64,000 nucleotides of DNA, taken from NCBI GenBank assembly GCA_046328535.1, contig JAXLWJ010000031.1, positions 109-64,108 on the forward strand, given 5' to 3'. This document shows positions 8,660 through 17,645 of the stretch, piece by piece. The DNA comes from Anaerolineae bacterium (GTDB lineage Bacteria; Chloroflexota; Anaerolineae; Epilineales; JAHCIE01). The notes beneath the pieces were generated by a model. It saw nothing but the letters and a program-made list of their open reading frames with translations. It searched no databases and was not told the DNA's origin. The position numbers were made by a program, and so were the translations under genes. Each line of letters starts with the position of its first letter. Within the stretch, counting starts at the first letter, position 1.

Positions 8660-8665
8660 AGTCGC

Positions 8666-11600
8666 ATGTCACCCCCCCGACTGGCCTTTCTCGGCGCGCC
8701 GCGCATCGAGCGAGACGGCGTCGCCGCCGATCTCCCCGCCAAAGCGGTCGCGCTGCTGGCCTATCTCGCCCTTCAGGAGACGCCGCAGCCGCGCGAGCGC
8801 CTGCTCGACCTGCTCTGGCCGGCCAGCTACGCCGACGCCGGCCGCAAGAATCTCCGCAATGCCCTGTGGGCCATCCGCAAGGCGCTCGGCGACGAGGCGC
8901 TGGTCGCCGGCGACGCCAGCCTGGCCCTGTCCCCCGCGGTCTGGGTAGACACCCGCGAGCTGGAGCGACCCCTCCACCGCCTGACCGCGTCGTCCGGCGC
9001 GCCACCGCCCGACGATATCGCCGCCGTCTTGCAGCTCTATCGCGGCCCGTTCCTGGACACGCTGACCGTGCCGGATGCGCCCGACTTCGAGATCTGGCTG
9101 ACGACCGAGCGCGAGCGCCTGGCGCAGCTCTACCTGCGCGCCGCGACGGACCTTGTCAGCGCCTATGAGCGCGCCGGCCGTTGGCGCGACACCCTGGCCG
9201 TCGGCGAGCGCGCCCTGGCCCAGGACATCCTCCAGGAGCCGCTGCACCGCGCCGTCATGGCGGCCCACGCCCGGCTGGGCGAGCGGCCCGAGGCGCTGCG
9301 GCAGTACGACATGCTGCGGGCGGCGCTGGCCCGCGAGTTGGGCGTCGAGCCGCTGCCGGAGACCGATGCCCTGCGAGCGGCCATCCTGAGTGGCGACATC
9401 GGCCCCGCGCCCGCTGCGCCGCCCCCGGCCGCCGTCCCGCGCCGGGCTGCGCCCCCTCCGCCGACCGCCCCGACTACGCCGTTTGTCGGGCGCGCGGCAG
9501 AGTGCGCCATTCTCGACCACGAGTGTGCGGCGGCCGCCGAGGGGCACGTGCGGATCGTCGTGTTGACCGGCGAGATGGGGATCGGCAAGTCGCGGCTGTG
9601 GCGCGAGTGGGCCAATGGGCAGAACGCCGACACGGTGATCCTGTCGGGCCACGCCCTCGAAGCCACCCAGAGCCTGCCCTTCGCCCCCGTCGCCGAGATG
9701 CTGGGCGGCGAAGCGGATCGTCTCTTCGCGCCGAGTTCGCCCATCCCGCGGCTCTGGCTGGCGGAGATGACGCGCCTCTTCCCCGACATCCGCGCCCGCG
9801 TCCCCGACCTACCCACGCCAGCCGCGTTTCCAGCTGAAGAGGAGCGCCGCCGCCTGTTCGAGGCGCTAACCCAATCCCTGCTGGCCCTCGGCGGCCAGCC
9901 GCTCGTGCTGTTCCTGGACGATGCCCAGTGGGCGGACCGGGCCACGCTGGACTGGCTCGGCTACCTGGCCGACCGCCTACACGACGCCCCGCTGCTCATC
10001 GTCCTGGCGCAGCGGCCGGAGGAGACGTCGCCCGCCCTGGCCGCGCTGACCGCCGCGTGGGGCCGGCAGGGCCTCGCGCGGCGCATTCACCTGGAGCATC
10101 TGTCACCGGGCGAGGCCGCCGCCCTCATCGCCGCCCTGCGGGTAGACCCGCACCAGGCGCACCGCATCCAGGCGCAGAGCGCCGGCAACCCCTACTTCCT
10201 GGTCGAGCTGGCCCGCGCCAACGCCCAGCCGACCGAGCGGGAGTACGAACCGCTGACGCCGCCGGGTCTGACCGAGGTCATCGGCGCGCGCCTCGACCGC
10301 CTGCCCGCCTCGGCGCGCCAGGTACTCCAGGCAGCGGCCATTCTGGAGCCGGACTTCGACTTCGCCACGCTGCGCCGCGTCAGCGGCCGCGGCGAGGAAG
10401 AGACGCTGGACGCCGTGGACGTGCTCCTGGCGGCGGGGGTGTTCGTCGAGAACGGGGCGCGCTATGCCTTCGCTCACCCGCTGGTGGCGCAGGTGGTGCG
10501 CGACGGCCTGAGCAGCGCCCGCCGCGCCTTCGTCTCTCACCGCGCCGCCGAGGCCCTGGAGCTGACGCCGCCCGCCCGCCTGCCCCTCATCGCCGGCCGC
10601 CTGGCCCGCCTGTACACCGACGCCGGCGAGCCGAAGCGCGCCGCCCTGTACTCCGAGATGGCCGCCGAGCGCGCCCTGGCTCTGGCGGCCACCGATGAGG
10701 CCGTGGACTTCTACCGCCAGGCGCTGGCCCTCGACCCGACGCCGCTGCGGCAGCTCGGACTGGGGCGCGCCCTCCTGCGCCGCGCCGACCTCGCCGACGC
10801 CAACGCCGCCCTCAAGGCCGCCTTGACGGGCCTCATCACCGGCGGCGACGGCCACAACGCCGCCCACGCCGCGATGGACATCGCCGAGACCTACATTCAG
10901 ATGGGCCGCTTCGACGCCGCCGCCGAGTGGTTCCGCCGCAGCGCCGACTACCTCGACCCGCAGGACGAGCCGGGCCACTACGCCGCGGCGCAGTTCTTCC
11001 TGGACCTCAGCCCGCTCTTCGGGACTGTCGCGCCGGGCGAGATCGAGGCGCGGCTCGCCGAGGCCGACCGCCTGGCCCGCGAGCACCCCCAGCCCTCGAT
11101 GAATGCGCGGGTCTACTTCGCCCTGGGCAACCAGCTGGCCGAGCGCGGCGACCTGGCCCACGCCCGCGTCGCCTATGAGCGGGCCATCGCCCAGGCCCAC
11201 GTCGGTGGCGACGACTACCACGAGGTCCTCGCCCTCAACAACGCAGCCTACCACGCCCTCCTCGACGGCGACCGCGTGGCGGCCCACGAGCATGTCGCCC
11301 GGGCGCTCGCCCTCGCCGAGGCCCGCGCCCTGCGCCTGCCGCTCCAGCACCTCTACAGCACCCAGGGCGAAATCGCCCTGGCCGAGGAACACTGGGACGA
11401 GGCCGAGGGCTGGTTCGGGCTGGGGCTGGCCGAGGCCGAGCGCAACGGCAACCGCCGCGAGATGGGCAACTACCACGCCAACCTGGCCCTCGCCGCGCGC
11501 GGCCGGGGCGACCTCACTCGCGCACAGCGGCTGCTGGAGGAGGCGCGGACGCTCGTCGCCGACTCCGCCGACAAGTATCTCCAGATCAAGACCGACCTCT

Positions 11601-11746
11601 GGCTCGCCCAGGTGCGCCTCGAAGGGGGCGACCGCGCCGCCGCCGGGGAGACGCTGGCGCGCGCCGAGGCCGCCCTCGTCGGCAGCGACCGAACGCTCCT
11701 GACCACGTGGGCCGCCCGCCTCCGCGCGTCCCTCTCCCCCTTCTAG
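8666..11746 (+). CDS. SARP/AfsR-like regulator: winged-helix + BTAD + P-loop NTPase + TPR
   Basis: N-term LAFLGAPRIERDG..., BTAD signature LQLYRGPFL...EIWL..ERERL...HRAVMAAHARLGERPEALRQYDMLRAALARELGVEP; Walker A GEMGIGKSRL; C-terminal TPR-like Ala/Leu repeats. Confidence 0.85.
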   Translation: MSPPRLAFLGAPRIERDGVAADLPAKAVALLAYLALQETPQPRERLLDLLWPASYADAGRKNLRNALWAIRKALGDEALVAGDASLALSPAVWVDTRELERPLHRLTASSGAPPPDDIAAVLQLYRGPFLDTLTVPDAPDFEIWLTTERERLAQLYLRAATDLVSAYERAGRWRDTLAVGERALAQDILQEPLHRAVMAAHARLGERPEALRQYDMLRAALARELGVEPLPETDALRAAILSGDIGPAPAAPPPAAVPRRAAPPPPTAPTTPFVGRAAECAILDHECAAAAEGHVRIVVLTGEMGIGKSRLWREWANGQNADTVILSGHALEATQSLPFAPVAEMLGGEADRLFAPSSPIPRLWLAEMTRLFPDIRARVPDLPTPAAFPAEEERRRLFEALTQSLLALGGQPLVLFLDDAQWADRATLDWLGYLADRLHDAPLLIVLAQRPEETSPALAALTAAWGRQGLARRIHLEHLSPGEAAALIAALRVDPHQAHRIQAQSAGNPYFLVELARANAQPTEREYEPLTPPGLTEVIGARLDRLPASARQVLQAAAILEPDFDFATLRRVSGRGEEETLDAVDVLLAAGVFVENGARYAFAHPLVAQVVRDGLSSARRAFVSHRAAEALELTPPARLPLIAGRLARLYTDAGEPKRAALYSEMAAERALALAATDEAVDFYRQALALDPTPLRQLGLGRALLRRADLADANAALKAALTGLITGGDGHNAAHAAMDIAETYIQMGRFDAAAEWFRRSADYLDPQDEPGHYAAAQFFLDLSPLFGTVAPGEIEARLAEADRLAREHPQPSMNARVYFALGNQLAERGDLAHARVAYERAIAQAHVGGDDYHEVLALNNAAYHALLDGDRVAAHEHVARALALAEARALRLPLQHLYSTQGEIALAEEHWDEAEGWFGLGLAEAERNGNRREMGNYHANLALAARGRGDLTRAQRLLEEARTLVADSADKYLQIKTDLWLAQVRLEGGDRAAAGETLARAEAALVGSDRTLLTTWAARLRASLSPF

Positions 11747-11758
11747 AAATGAGATAGT

Positions 11759-11832
11759 AACGCAAAGGCGCAGAGGCGCAAAGGAAGAACACAAAACTGA
11801 TCTTTCCCTTTGCGTCTTTGCGCCTTTGCGTT
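11759..11832. repeat. family-W word-stutter hairpin (terminator-like, 3' of SARP gene)
   Basis: AACGCAAAGGCGCAGAGGCGCAAAGGAAG ... CTTTCCCTTTGCGTCTTTGCGCCTTTGCGTT. Confidence 0.75.
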
Positions 11833-11993
11833 CCCATCCTCTTCGTCCCGATCCTCTTCGCCCCAGCAATTCATTACGCCGCCGCCAAATATCGCAACCC
11901 GCTCGTAAGCGCCCGCTAAGGGCCGCGTAAGTGTCGCCGCGTACTATGATGCTGTCGGGCAATACCTGAGCAGCAACTCAAAGGAGACGACTG

Positions 11994-13130
11994 ATGACGA
12001 CGATGATGTTCCGGCGTTTGGTGGTGGGGGCGGTGGTGATGGCGGCGCTGGCGCTGGCGCTGGTCGTGGGCGCGGGAAGCGCCGCTGCCGATGGGAACGC
12101 GGGCGCGGTCTACACCCTGAGCAACGCGGCAAGCGGGAACGAGGTGGTGATGTTCAACCGCGCCGCCGATGGAACGCTCAGCATGGCCGGCCGCTACGGG
12201 ACGGGCGGCGCCGGCACCGGGAAGGGTCTCGGCTCCCAGGGCGCGGTTGTCCTGAGCGAGGACGGCACCTGGCTGTTCGCGGTGAACGCGGGCAGCAACA
12301 GCGTCTCGGTCTTCCGCGTGCGGCCGACTGGCTTGACCCTTGTGGACCGGCAGCCCTCCGGCGGCATGGCGCCGATCAGTGTGACCAGCCGTGGCGCGCT
12401 GCTGTACGTCCTCAACGCCGGCGACGCCTCGAACAGCGGCGCCAACATCACCGGCTTCCGCGTCGGTTGGACCGGGCGCCTGGCGCCCATTGACGGCTCG
12501 ACGCAGCCCCTGAGCCAGGCCAGCGGGACCGGCCCGGCGCAGGTATCGTTCGCGCCCGACGGCGACACGCTCGTCGTCACCGAGAAGGCGACGAACAAGA
12601 TTGACACGTACAGGGTGCGCTGGAACGGCGCGGCGAGCGCTCCGACCGTTCACAACTCCGCCGGTCAGACGCCGTTTGGCTTCGACTTCGGCAAGCGCGG
12701 CGCGCTGGTCGTCTCCGAGGCCTTCGGCGGCGCGGCGAACGCCAGCGCCCTGTCGTCCTACCGCGTCGCGGACGGCGGCTTCACCCTCGTCAGCGCCTCG
12801 GCGCTCACGAACCAGACGGCGGCGTGCTGGGTCGTCGTGACCGGCAACGGGAAATACGCCTACACGACGAACGCGGGCAGCGACTCGATCTCAAGCTATG
12901 CGGTCAACAACGACGACAGCCTGACCCTGCTCCAGAGCGTTGCGGCCAGCACCGGCGCAGGCAGCCACCCGACCGACATGGCGCTCAGCCACAACTCCCA
13001 GTACCTATACACCCTGAACGCGTTCACGCACACGATGAGCGGCTTTAGCGTGCAGTCCGACGGGAGCCTGACGCCGGTCATGTCCATGAACGGCATGCCA
13101 GAGTTCTCTGTTGGCCTCGCGGCGCGCTAA
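11994..13130 (+). CDS. secreted 7-bladed beta-propeller lactonase-family protein
   Basis: Signal peptide; repeated ..SN.VSVF.. / ..G..P..f.f.. blades (AVYTLSNAASGNEVVMFNRAADGTL; FAVNAGSNSVSVFRV; AYTTNAGSDSISSYAV). Confidence 0.6.
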   Translation: MTTMMFRRLVVGAVVMAALALALVVGAGSAAADGNAGAVYTLSNAASGNEVVMFNRAADGTLSMAGRYGTGGAGTGKGLGSQGAVVLSEDGTWLFAVNAGSNSVSVFRVRPTGLTLVDRQPSGGMAPISVTSRGALLYVLNAGDASNSGANITGFRVGWTGRLAPIDGSTQPLSQASGTGPAQVSFAPDGDTLVVTEKATNKIDTYRVRWNGAASAPTVHNSAGQTPFGFDFGKRGALVVSEAFGGAANASALSSYRVADGGFTLVSASALTNQTAACWVVVTGNGKYAYTTNAGSDSISSYAVNNDDSLTLLQSVAASTGAGSHPTDMALSHNSQYLYTLNAFTHTMSGFSVQSDGSLTPVMSMNGMPEFSVGLAAR

Positions 13131-13153
13131 CCCCAAACTCCTCGGAGTAGACA

Positions 13154-13193
13154 GCGGCGGCGGCGACGACATCCCTGTCGTCGCCGCCGCCGC
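13154..13193 (+). terminator. GC-rich stem-loop 3' of lactonase gene (no U-tract)
   Basis: GCGGCGGCGGCGACGAC-atccct-GTCGTCGCCGCCGCCGC, 17-bp perfect stem. Confidence 0.4.
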
Positions 13194-13285
13194 GTCTCGA
13201 CGCTCCGCCTGAACAACGGTAGAATGCTACCCCGACGGGTCTGGCGGACGCGCGCATTCGACGCGGACACAAAGGGAGAGTGGGC

Positions 13286-13798
13286 ATGGACACGGCAGGC
13301 GAGCCTGTCAAGCACCGCGCTGTCAACAGTCATAAGGTGTCAGAGTTCATCTACGGCGTCATTACCGCCATGGTCGTGATCGCCAGCCTCGTCCAGGAGC
13401 GCGAAGAGGCGTGGTGGGATGCTTTCCTGATCATCGTCGCCGGCGCGGCGGCGATCTGGATCGCCCACAGCTACGCGGAGGTTGTCGGCAGTCGCATAAC
13501 GATCAAGCGCCGTCTCACCTGGCACGACATCGGCGAGGCGCTCAGCGAATCCTGGCCTATCGTGACCTCGGGCTTCATCGTCGCGGCGCCGCTGCTCCTG
13601 GCCGGCGTCGGCATTATCACGGTCAGCGTGAGCCTCACGCTATCCAACATGATCGGCATCGCTATCCTCGCCATCGCCGGGTACCTGGCGGGGCTGCTGT
13701 CGAACGAGAGCTTCTGGTATCGCATGCTTCTCGCCGCAGAGTCGGCGGCCATTGGCGCGGCCGTCGTCGCCGTCGAGTATATCGTCCACCACATCTAA
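13286..13798 (+). CDS. integral membrane protein, unknown function
   Basis: 4-5 hydrophobic segments (FIYGVITAMVVIASL, AFLIIVAGAAAIWIA, IVTSGFIVAAPLLLAGVGIITV ...); GGGAGAG RBS. Confidence 0.55.
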   Translation: MDTAGEPVKHRAVNSHKVSEFIYGVITAMVVIASLVQEREEAWWDAFLIIVAGAAAIWIAHSYAEVVGSRITIKRRLTWHDIGEALSESWPIVTSGFIVAAPLLLAGVGIITVSVSLTLSNMIGIAILAIAGYLAGLLSNESFWYRMLLAAESAAIGAAVVAVEYIVHHI

Positions 13799-13848
13799 GG
13801 CGGCGGGCATGGTTTGACGAACGAAATGGTATCATATATAATACCACC

Positions 13849-14277
13849 ATGACGAGTCCCGCCGTCGTCCTCGACACGAATGTCATCATTGCCGCTCTTC
13901 GCTCGAGGCGTGGAGCGTCTTATCGTCTCCTCTCGTTGGTCGGTCAGGGCGTCTTTGAAATTAATGTTTCGGTCCCCCTGGTGCTTGAGTACGAGGACGC
14001 TGCCAAACGGTTGATCGGAGAAACAGACCTGACCGCACAAGATATTGACGATATTCTCGATTACCTGTGTTCAGTCGCCAACCGATACGCGGTCTTTTTC
14101 CTCTGGCGGCCTTTTCTGAGAGACGACAAAGACGATATGGTGCTTGAACTGGCGGTAGCATCGGGTTGTGACGCTATCGTTACGTACAACCAACGCGATT
14201 TTGTCGGCGTTCAGCAGTTCGGGATCCGCTTGCTGACACCGAAGGCATTTCTGGTAGAGTTGGGAGAGGCATCGTGA
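13849..14277 (+). CDS. PIN-domain toxin (putative TA toxin component)
   Basis: MTSPAVVLDTNVIIAAL...; ...DDKDDMVLELAVASGCDAIVTYNQRDF: PIN acidic residues. Confidence 0.8.
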   Translation: MTSPAVVLDTNVIIAALRSRRGASYRLLSLVGQGVFEINVSVPLVLEYEDAAKRLIGETDLTAQDIDDILDYLCSVANRYAVFFLWRPFLRDDKDDMVLELAVASGCDAIVTYNQRDFVGVQQFGIRLLTPKAFLVELGEAS

Positions 14278-14510
14278 GTACTATTAGTGTCCGCCTGCCG
14301 GACTCACTCCACCGCAAGCTGCGCGAGCTGGCCGACAAGGAGAATGTTTCGATCAATCAGCTCATTACGCTGGCCGTCGCCGAGAAGGTGTCCGCGCTGC
14401 TCACCGACGAGTATTTAGCCGAGCGTGCGACACGGGGGGAGCGTTCGAAGTTCGAGGCCGCCCTCGCCAGGGTTGGCGACGAGCCGCCGGACGAGCGCGA
14501 CCAGTTATGA
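14274..14510 (+). CDS. ribbon-helix-helix antitoxin-like protein
   Basis: MSTISVRLPDSLHRKLRELADKENVSINQLITLAVAEKV; GTG start overlaps PIN stop (GTGA). Confidence 0.7.
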   Translation: MSTISVRLPDSLHRKLRELADKENVSINQLITLAVAEKVSALLTDEYLAERATRGERSKFEAALARVGDEPPDERDQL

Positions 14511-14538
14511 GCGGATGCTGCGAGAATAGCGAGATGCA

Positions 14539-14570
14539 GCTGGCGCTGGAGATGGCTCTCCAGCGCCAGC
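14539..14570. repeat. family-L palindrome GCTGGCGCTGGAGA-tgg-CTCTCCAGCGCCAGC
   Basis: Second copy (loop inverted) at 22341-22366. Confidence 0.75.
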
Positions 14571-14584
14571 GCCATTGTAGCGGG

Positions 14585-16888
14585 TCAGCCCCCGTTCCGC
14601 GTCGCCTCGAACACCATCTCCGGCGTGATGGGCAGGTCGGGGACGCGCACGCCGATGGCGTCGCGCACCGCGTTGGCGATGGCCGCGCCCGGCGGGATGA
14701 TCGCCGGCTCACCGACGCCGCGCGCCCCGAATGGCCCGTGGGGCGACGGCACCTCAACGATGACCGCCTCCAGGTCCGGGGCGTGGGCGGCGCGGGGGAC
14801 AGCGTAGTCCATGAGGCTGCCGGTGAGAAGCTGGCCGGACTCATCGTGGACCATGCGCTCGTACAGGCTCCAGCCGATGCCCTGCACCGCGCCGCCGTGC
14901 ATCTGCCCCTCGATGGCCATCGGGTTGATGGCGCGGCCCACGTCCTGCACCGTAATCAGGCGCGTCACGCGCACCTCGCCCGTGTCCGCGTCCACCTCGA
15001 CCTCGGCCAGCGTGCCGGAGTAGCCCGGCGCCCGCTCCAGCTGCGCCGAGCGCCCGATGCCCGTGACCGGCTCGTAGCGCCCGCCGAACTGCATCGTCGC
15101 GTTCCCGATCTCCTGGAGCGATATCTTGCGCTCTGGGACGCCGCGCACCTGGACATGCCCATTGACCACGTCGAGGTCGTCCGGGTGAACCTCCAGCTTC
15201 TCGGCGGCCACGCTCAACAGGACGGTGCGGGCTTCCTGCGCCGCGCGCTGGACGGCCTGGCCGACGGTGTACGTAATCTTGCTGCCGCCGGAGCCGGCCG
15301 CGAACGGCGCGCTGTCGGTGTCGCCGGTCACGATGCGCACCTTGTCAATCGGCACGCCGAACACCTCGGCGGCGATAGCCGACATGGTCGTGTTCGTCCC
15401 GCTGATGTCCATCATCCCCAGATTCACCACCAGGGAGCCGTCGCGATCCATCTTGCACACCGCCGCCGCCGGCTCGGTCGCGCTCAGCCAGCCGCCGACC
15501 GCCGCCCCGACGCCGCGCCCCGTCCCGCCGCTCTTGTCCCGGTCGCGCCACAGGGGGTGCGCCAGCATCGTCTCGATGACGGTGCGCAGGCCGATCTTAG
15601 GCAGCGGCTGGCCGTTGGGCAGGAGGTCGCCCTCGTCCATGACGTTCTTGAGGCGCAGCTCAAGGGGGTCCATGCCCAACTCGCGCGCCAGGTCGTCCAT
15701 GTGCTGCTCCATCGTCAGCGTCGCCTGGGTCGCGCCCGGCCCGCGATACGCCCCGCCCGCCGCCTTGTGCGTCAGCACGTCCACCGCCTCGATCGCCAGG
15801 TGGGGGAAGCGATAGCAGCCGCCGAGCATCAGGCCCGCCAGGCTGCCCGGTGAGTTGGGGAAGCAGCCTGTGTCGAAGATGCAGCGCGCCTGGAGCGCCG
15901 TCAGCGTCCCGTCGCGCTTCGCCCCGACGCGGATCTCGAAGATGCTCTCCGGCGCGGGCGTGGCGGCCAGGAAGTCCTCGGAGCGGGTCAGGGCCAGGCG
16001 CACCGGACGGTTCAACACGAGGGCGGCGGCGGCGGTGAGGGGCTGGAAGACGGCGAACTTCGCGCCAAACGCCCCGCCGACCGTCGTCCCGACGACCTTG
16101 ACCGCCTCCTCCGGCAGCCCGACGATGTCGGCGACGGCGCGGCGCGCGCCGAAGATCGTCTGGGTCGCCGTCCACACGGTCAGGCCGTCGCCGAGCGGGT
16201 CCGGCGCGGCGACGGTGACGTGCGGCTCCAGGTACGCCTGGTAGATGCGGGGCGTGGTGTACGTGCGCTCCAGGATGACGTCGGCCTCGGCGAACCCCTG
16301 CGCCACATCGCCGCGCTTGAAGTGACTGGCCGAGACGATGTTGGTGTGTTCGCGGGGGGCGTCGGTATCGCCGGTTGGCGCCGCGCCGTGGGCCGCCAGC
16401 TCCTCCGACTCCGTCGGCAGGCCGGTGGGCCAGACGAGGGGCGCGCCCTTCTCCAGCGCGGCGCGGGCATCCACCACGGCGTCGAGCGCCTCGTAGTCCA
16501 CCTCGACCGCGTCCACGCCGTCCTCGGCGGCGGCCTCGCTCTCGGCGACGACGGCGGCCACGGGCTGCCCACGGAACAGAACGCGCTCGTGAGCCAGCAT
16601 GGCCTGGGCGCGGGAGCGGGGGCGGCGGCCGCGCGGCGGCAGGTCGGCGGCGGTCAAGACGGCGACGACGCCGGGGATGGCGAGGGCGGCGTCACGGCTG
16701 ATGCCCAGGATGCGGGCGTGGGCGTAGGGGCTGAGGACGAGGCGCATGTGGAGCATGCCGGGCAGGGTCAGGTCGGTGCCGAAGCGCGTCTTGCCCGTCA
16801 CCTTCTCCCGCCCGTCCTGCATCTTGTGGGGCTTGCCAATGGTGTGCATCTGGTCGTGGCTGCGAGTCTCGTAACCTGGCATTGTCAC
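14585..16888 (-). CDS. xanthine dehydrogenase/aldehyde oxidase-family molybdopterin-binding large subunit
   Basis: 767 aa; GKTRFGTDL, a/b-hammerhead and MoCo-binding regions (GGAFGAK, GSGGSKITY, GVGEPAIIP). Confidence 0.9.
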   Translation of the reverse strand: MTMPGYETRSHDQMHTIGKPHKMQDGREKVTGKTRFGTDLTLPGMLHMRLVLSPYAHARILGISRDAALAIPGVVAVLTAADLPPRGRRPRSRAQAMLAHERVLFRGQPVAAVVAESEAAAEDGVDAVEVDYEALDAVVDARAALEKGAPLVWPTGLPTESEELAAHGAAPTGDTDAPREHTNIVSASHFKRGDVAQGFAEADVILERTYTTPRIYQAYLEPHVTVAAPDPLGDGLTVWTATQTIFGARRAVADIVGLPEEAVKVVGTTVGGAFGAKFAVFQPLTAAAALVLNRPVRLALTRSEDFLAATPAPESIFEIRVGAKRDGTLTALQARCIFDTGCFPNSPGSLAGLMLGGCYRFPHLAIEAVDVLTHKAAGGAYRGPGATQATLTMEQHMDDLARELGMDPLELRLKNVMDEGDLLPNGQPLPKIGLRTVIETMLAHPLWRDRDKSGGTGRGVGAAVGGWLSATEPAAAVCKMDRDGSLVVNLGMMDISGTNTTMSAIAAEVFGVPIDKVRIVTGDTDSAPFAAGSGGSKITYTVGQAVQRAAQEARTVLLSVAAEKLEVHPDDLDVVNGHVQVRGVPERKISLQEIGNATMQFGGRYEPVTGIGRSAQLERAPGYSGTLAEVEVDADTGEVRVTRLITVQDVGRAINPMAIEGQMHGGAVQGIGWSLYERMVHDESGQLLTGSLMDYAVPRAAHAPDLEAVIVEVPSPHGPFGARGVGEPAIIPPGAAIANAVRDAIGVRVPDLPITPEMVFEATRNGG

Positions 16889-17135
16889 TCTCCGCGCTCA
16901 TGTCGATTGTAGACAAGAATAGGCTGCGGGAATCATAGGGAAGATAATGGGCCGAGTCAATTTGAACCCCGCCCGTGACTATAATATGACTATGTTTCGC
17001 CGTTCGCTGAATGGCAACGCCCCATCGGGCGGGCGAGACAGGGGGGTTCGTGGGGGCCTGCGGCCCCACACCTGCACAGCAAAGTGCAAAGATAGACATC
17101 GCTATTACTCTAGACCGAACACTACAGGAGGAAGC

Positions 17136-17549
17136 ATGGCGACAGAGAACGCGACACCGACGTGTCGTCTCGTGCAGGCCGGCGCGCCGTTCGAGGGCAA
17201 GCAGGGTCTCACCTACGCCGTCGGCATCTCGGCGGAGAGCGTGGGCGCGACGGGCATCAACATGCAGTTCGTGACGATACCGCCGAAGGCGCGGGCTAAG
17301 GCGCACCTCCACGAGGCCCACGAGACGGCGATCTACATGGTGCAGGGCGAGGTCGTCATGTGGTACGGCGAGGGGTTGCGCGAAGAGATGGTCGCCCGCG
17401 CCGGCGACTTCATCTGTATTCCGGCCAACACGCCGCACCTGCCGTCCAACCCGAGCGCGACGGAGACGGCGGTGGCGCTGATCGCCCGCACCGACCCCAA
17501 CGACCAGGAGAGCGTCGTCCTCCTGTCGGCGCTGGACGCGACCCGCTGA
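17136..17549 (+). CDS. cupin-domain protein
   Basis: GGAGGAAGC RBS; ...AHLHEAHETAIYMVQGEVVMWYG...GDFICIPANTPHLPSN cupin motifs. Confidence 0.75.
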   Translation: MATENATPTCRLVQAGAPFEGKQGLTYAVGISAESVGATGINMQFVTIPPKARAKAHLHEAHETAIYMVQGEVVMWYGEGLREEMVARAGDFICIPANTPHLPSNPSATETAVALIARTDPNDQESVVLLSALDATR

Positions 17550-17574
17550 CGAATTCCCAGTCGGCCTCACATCC

Positions 17575-17637
17575 GACCACGGAACACACGGAATGAAGAG
17601 ATAGACTCCCCTTCCGTGTCGTCCGTGTGTTCCGTGG
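17575..17637. repeat. family-W word-stutter hairpin between convergent genes
   Basis: ACCACGGAACACACGGAATGAAG ... CTTCCGTGTCGTCCGTGTGTTCCGTGGT. Confidence 0.75.
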
Positions 17638-17645
17638 TTCCTTCT

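Noticed and set aside
8669-11962. Long minus-strand ORFs (8669-9652, 9163-9945, 10103-11962) opposite the SARP gene
   Set aside because: Arg/Gly/Ala/Pro-rich shadow frames typical of high-GC DNA. No motifs or RBS. The plus-strand gene has clear BTAD, P-loop and TPR signatures.
13411-13848. Long N-terminal extension of the PIN ORF (13411-14277)
   Set aside because: It overlaps the membrane-protein gene in another frame and is Arg-rich. The PIN domain starts at ATG 13849.
14507-16912. Plus-strand ORFs 14507-15853 and 16220-16912 opposite the molybdopterin subunit gene
   Set aside because: Low-complexity shadow ORFs. The minus-strand protein is a full-length XDH-family large subunit.
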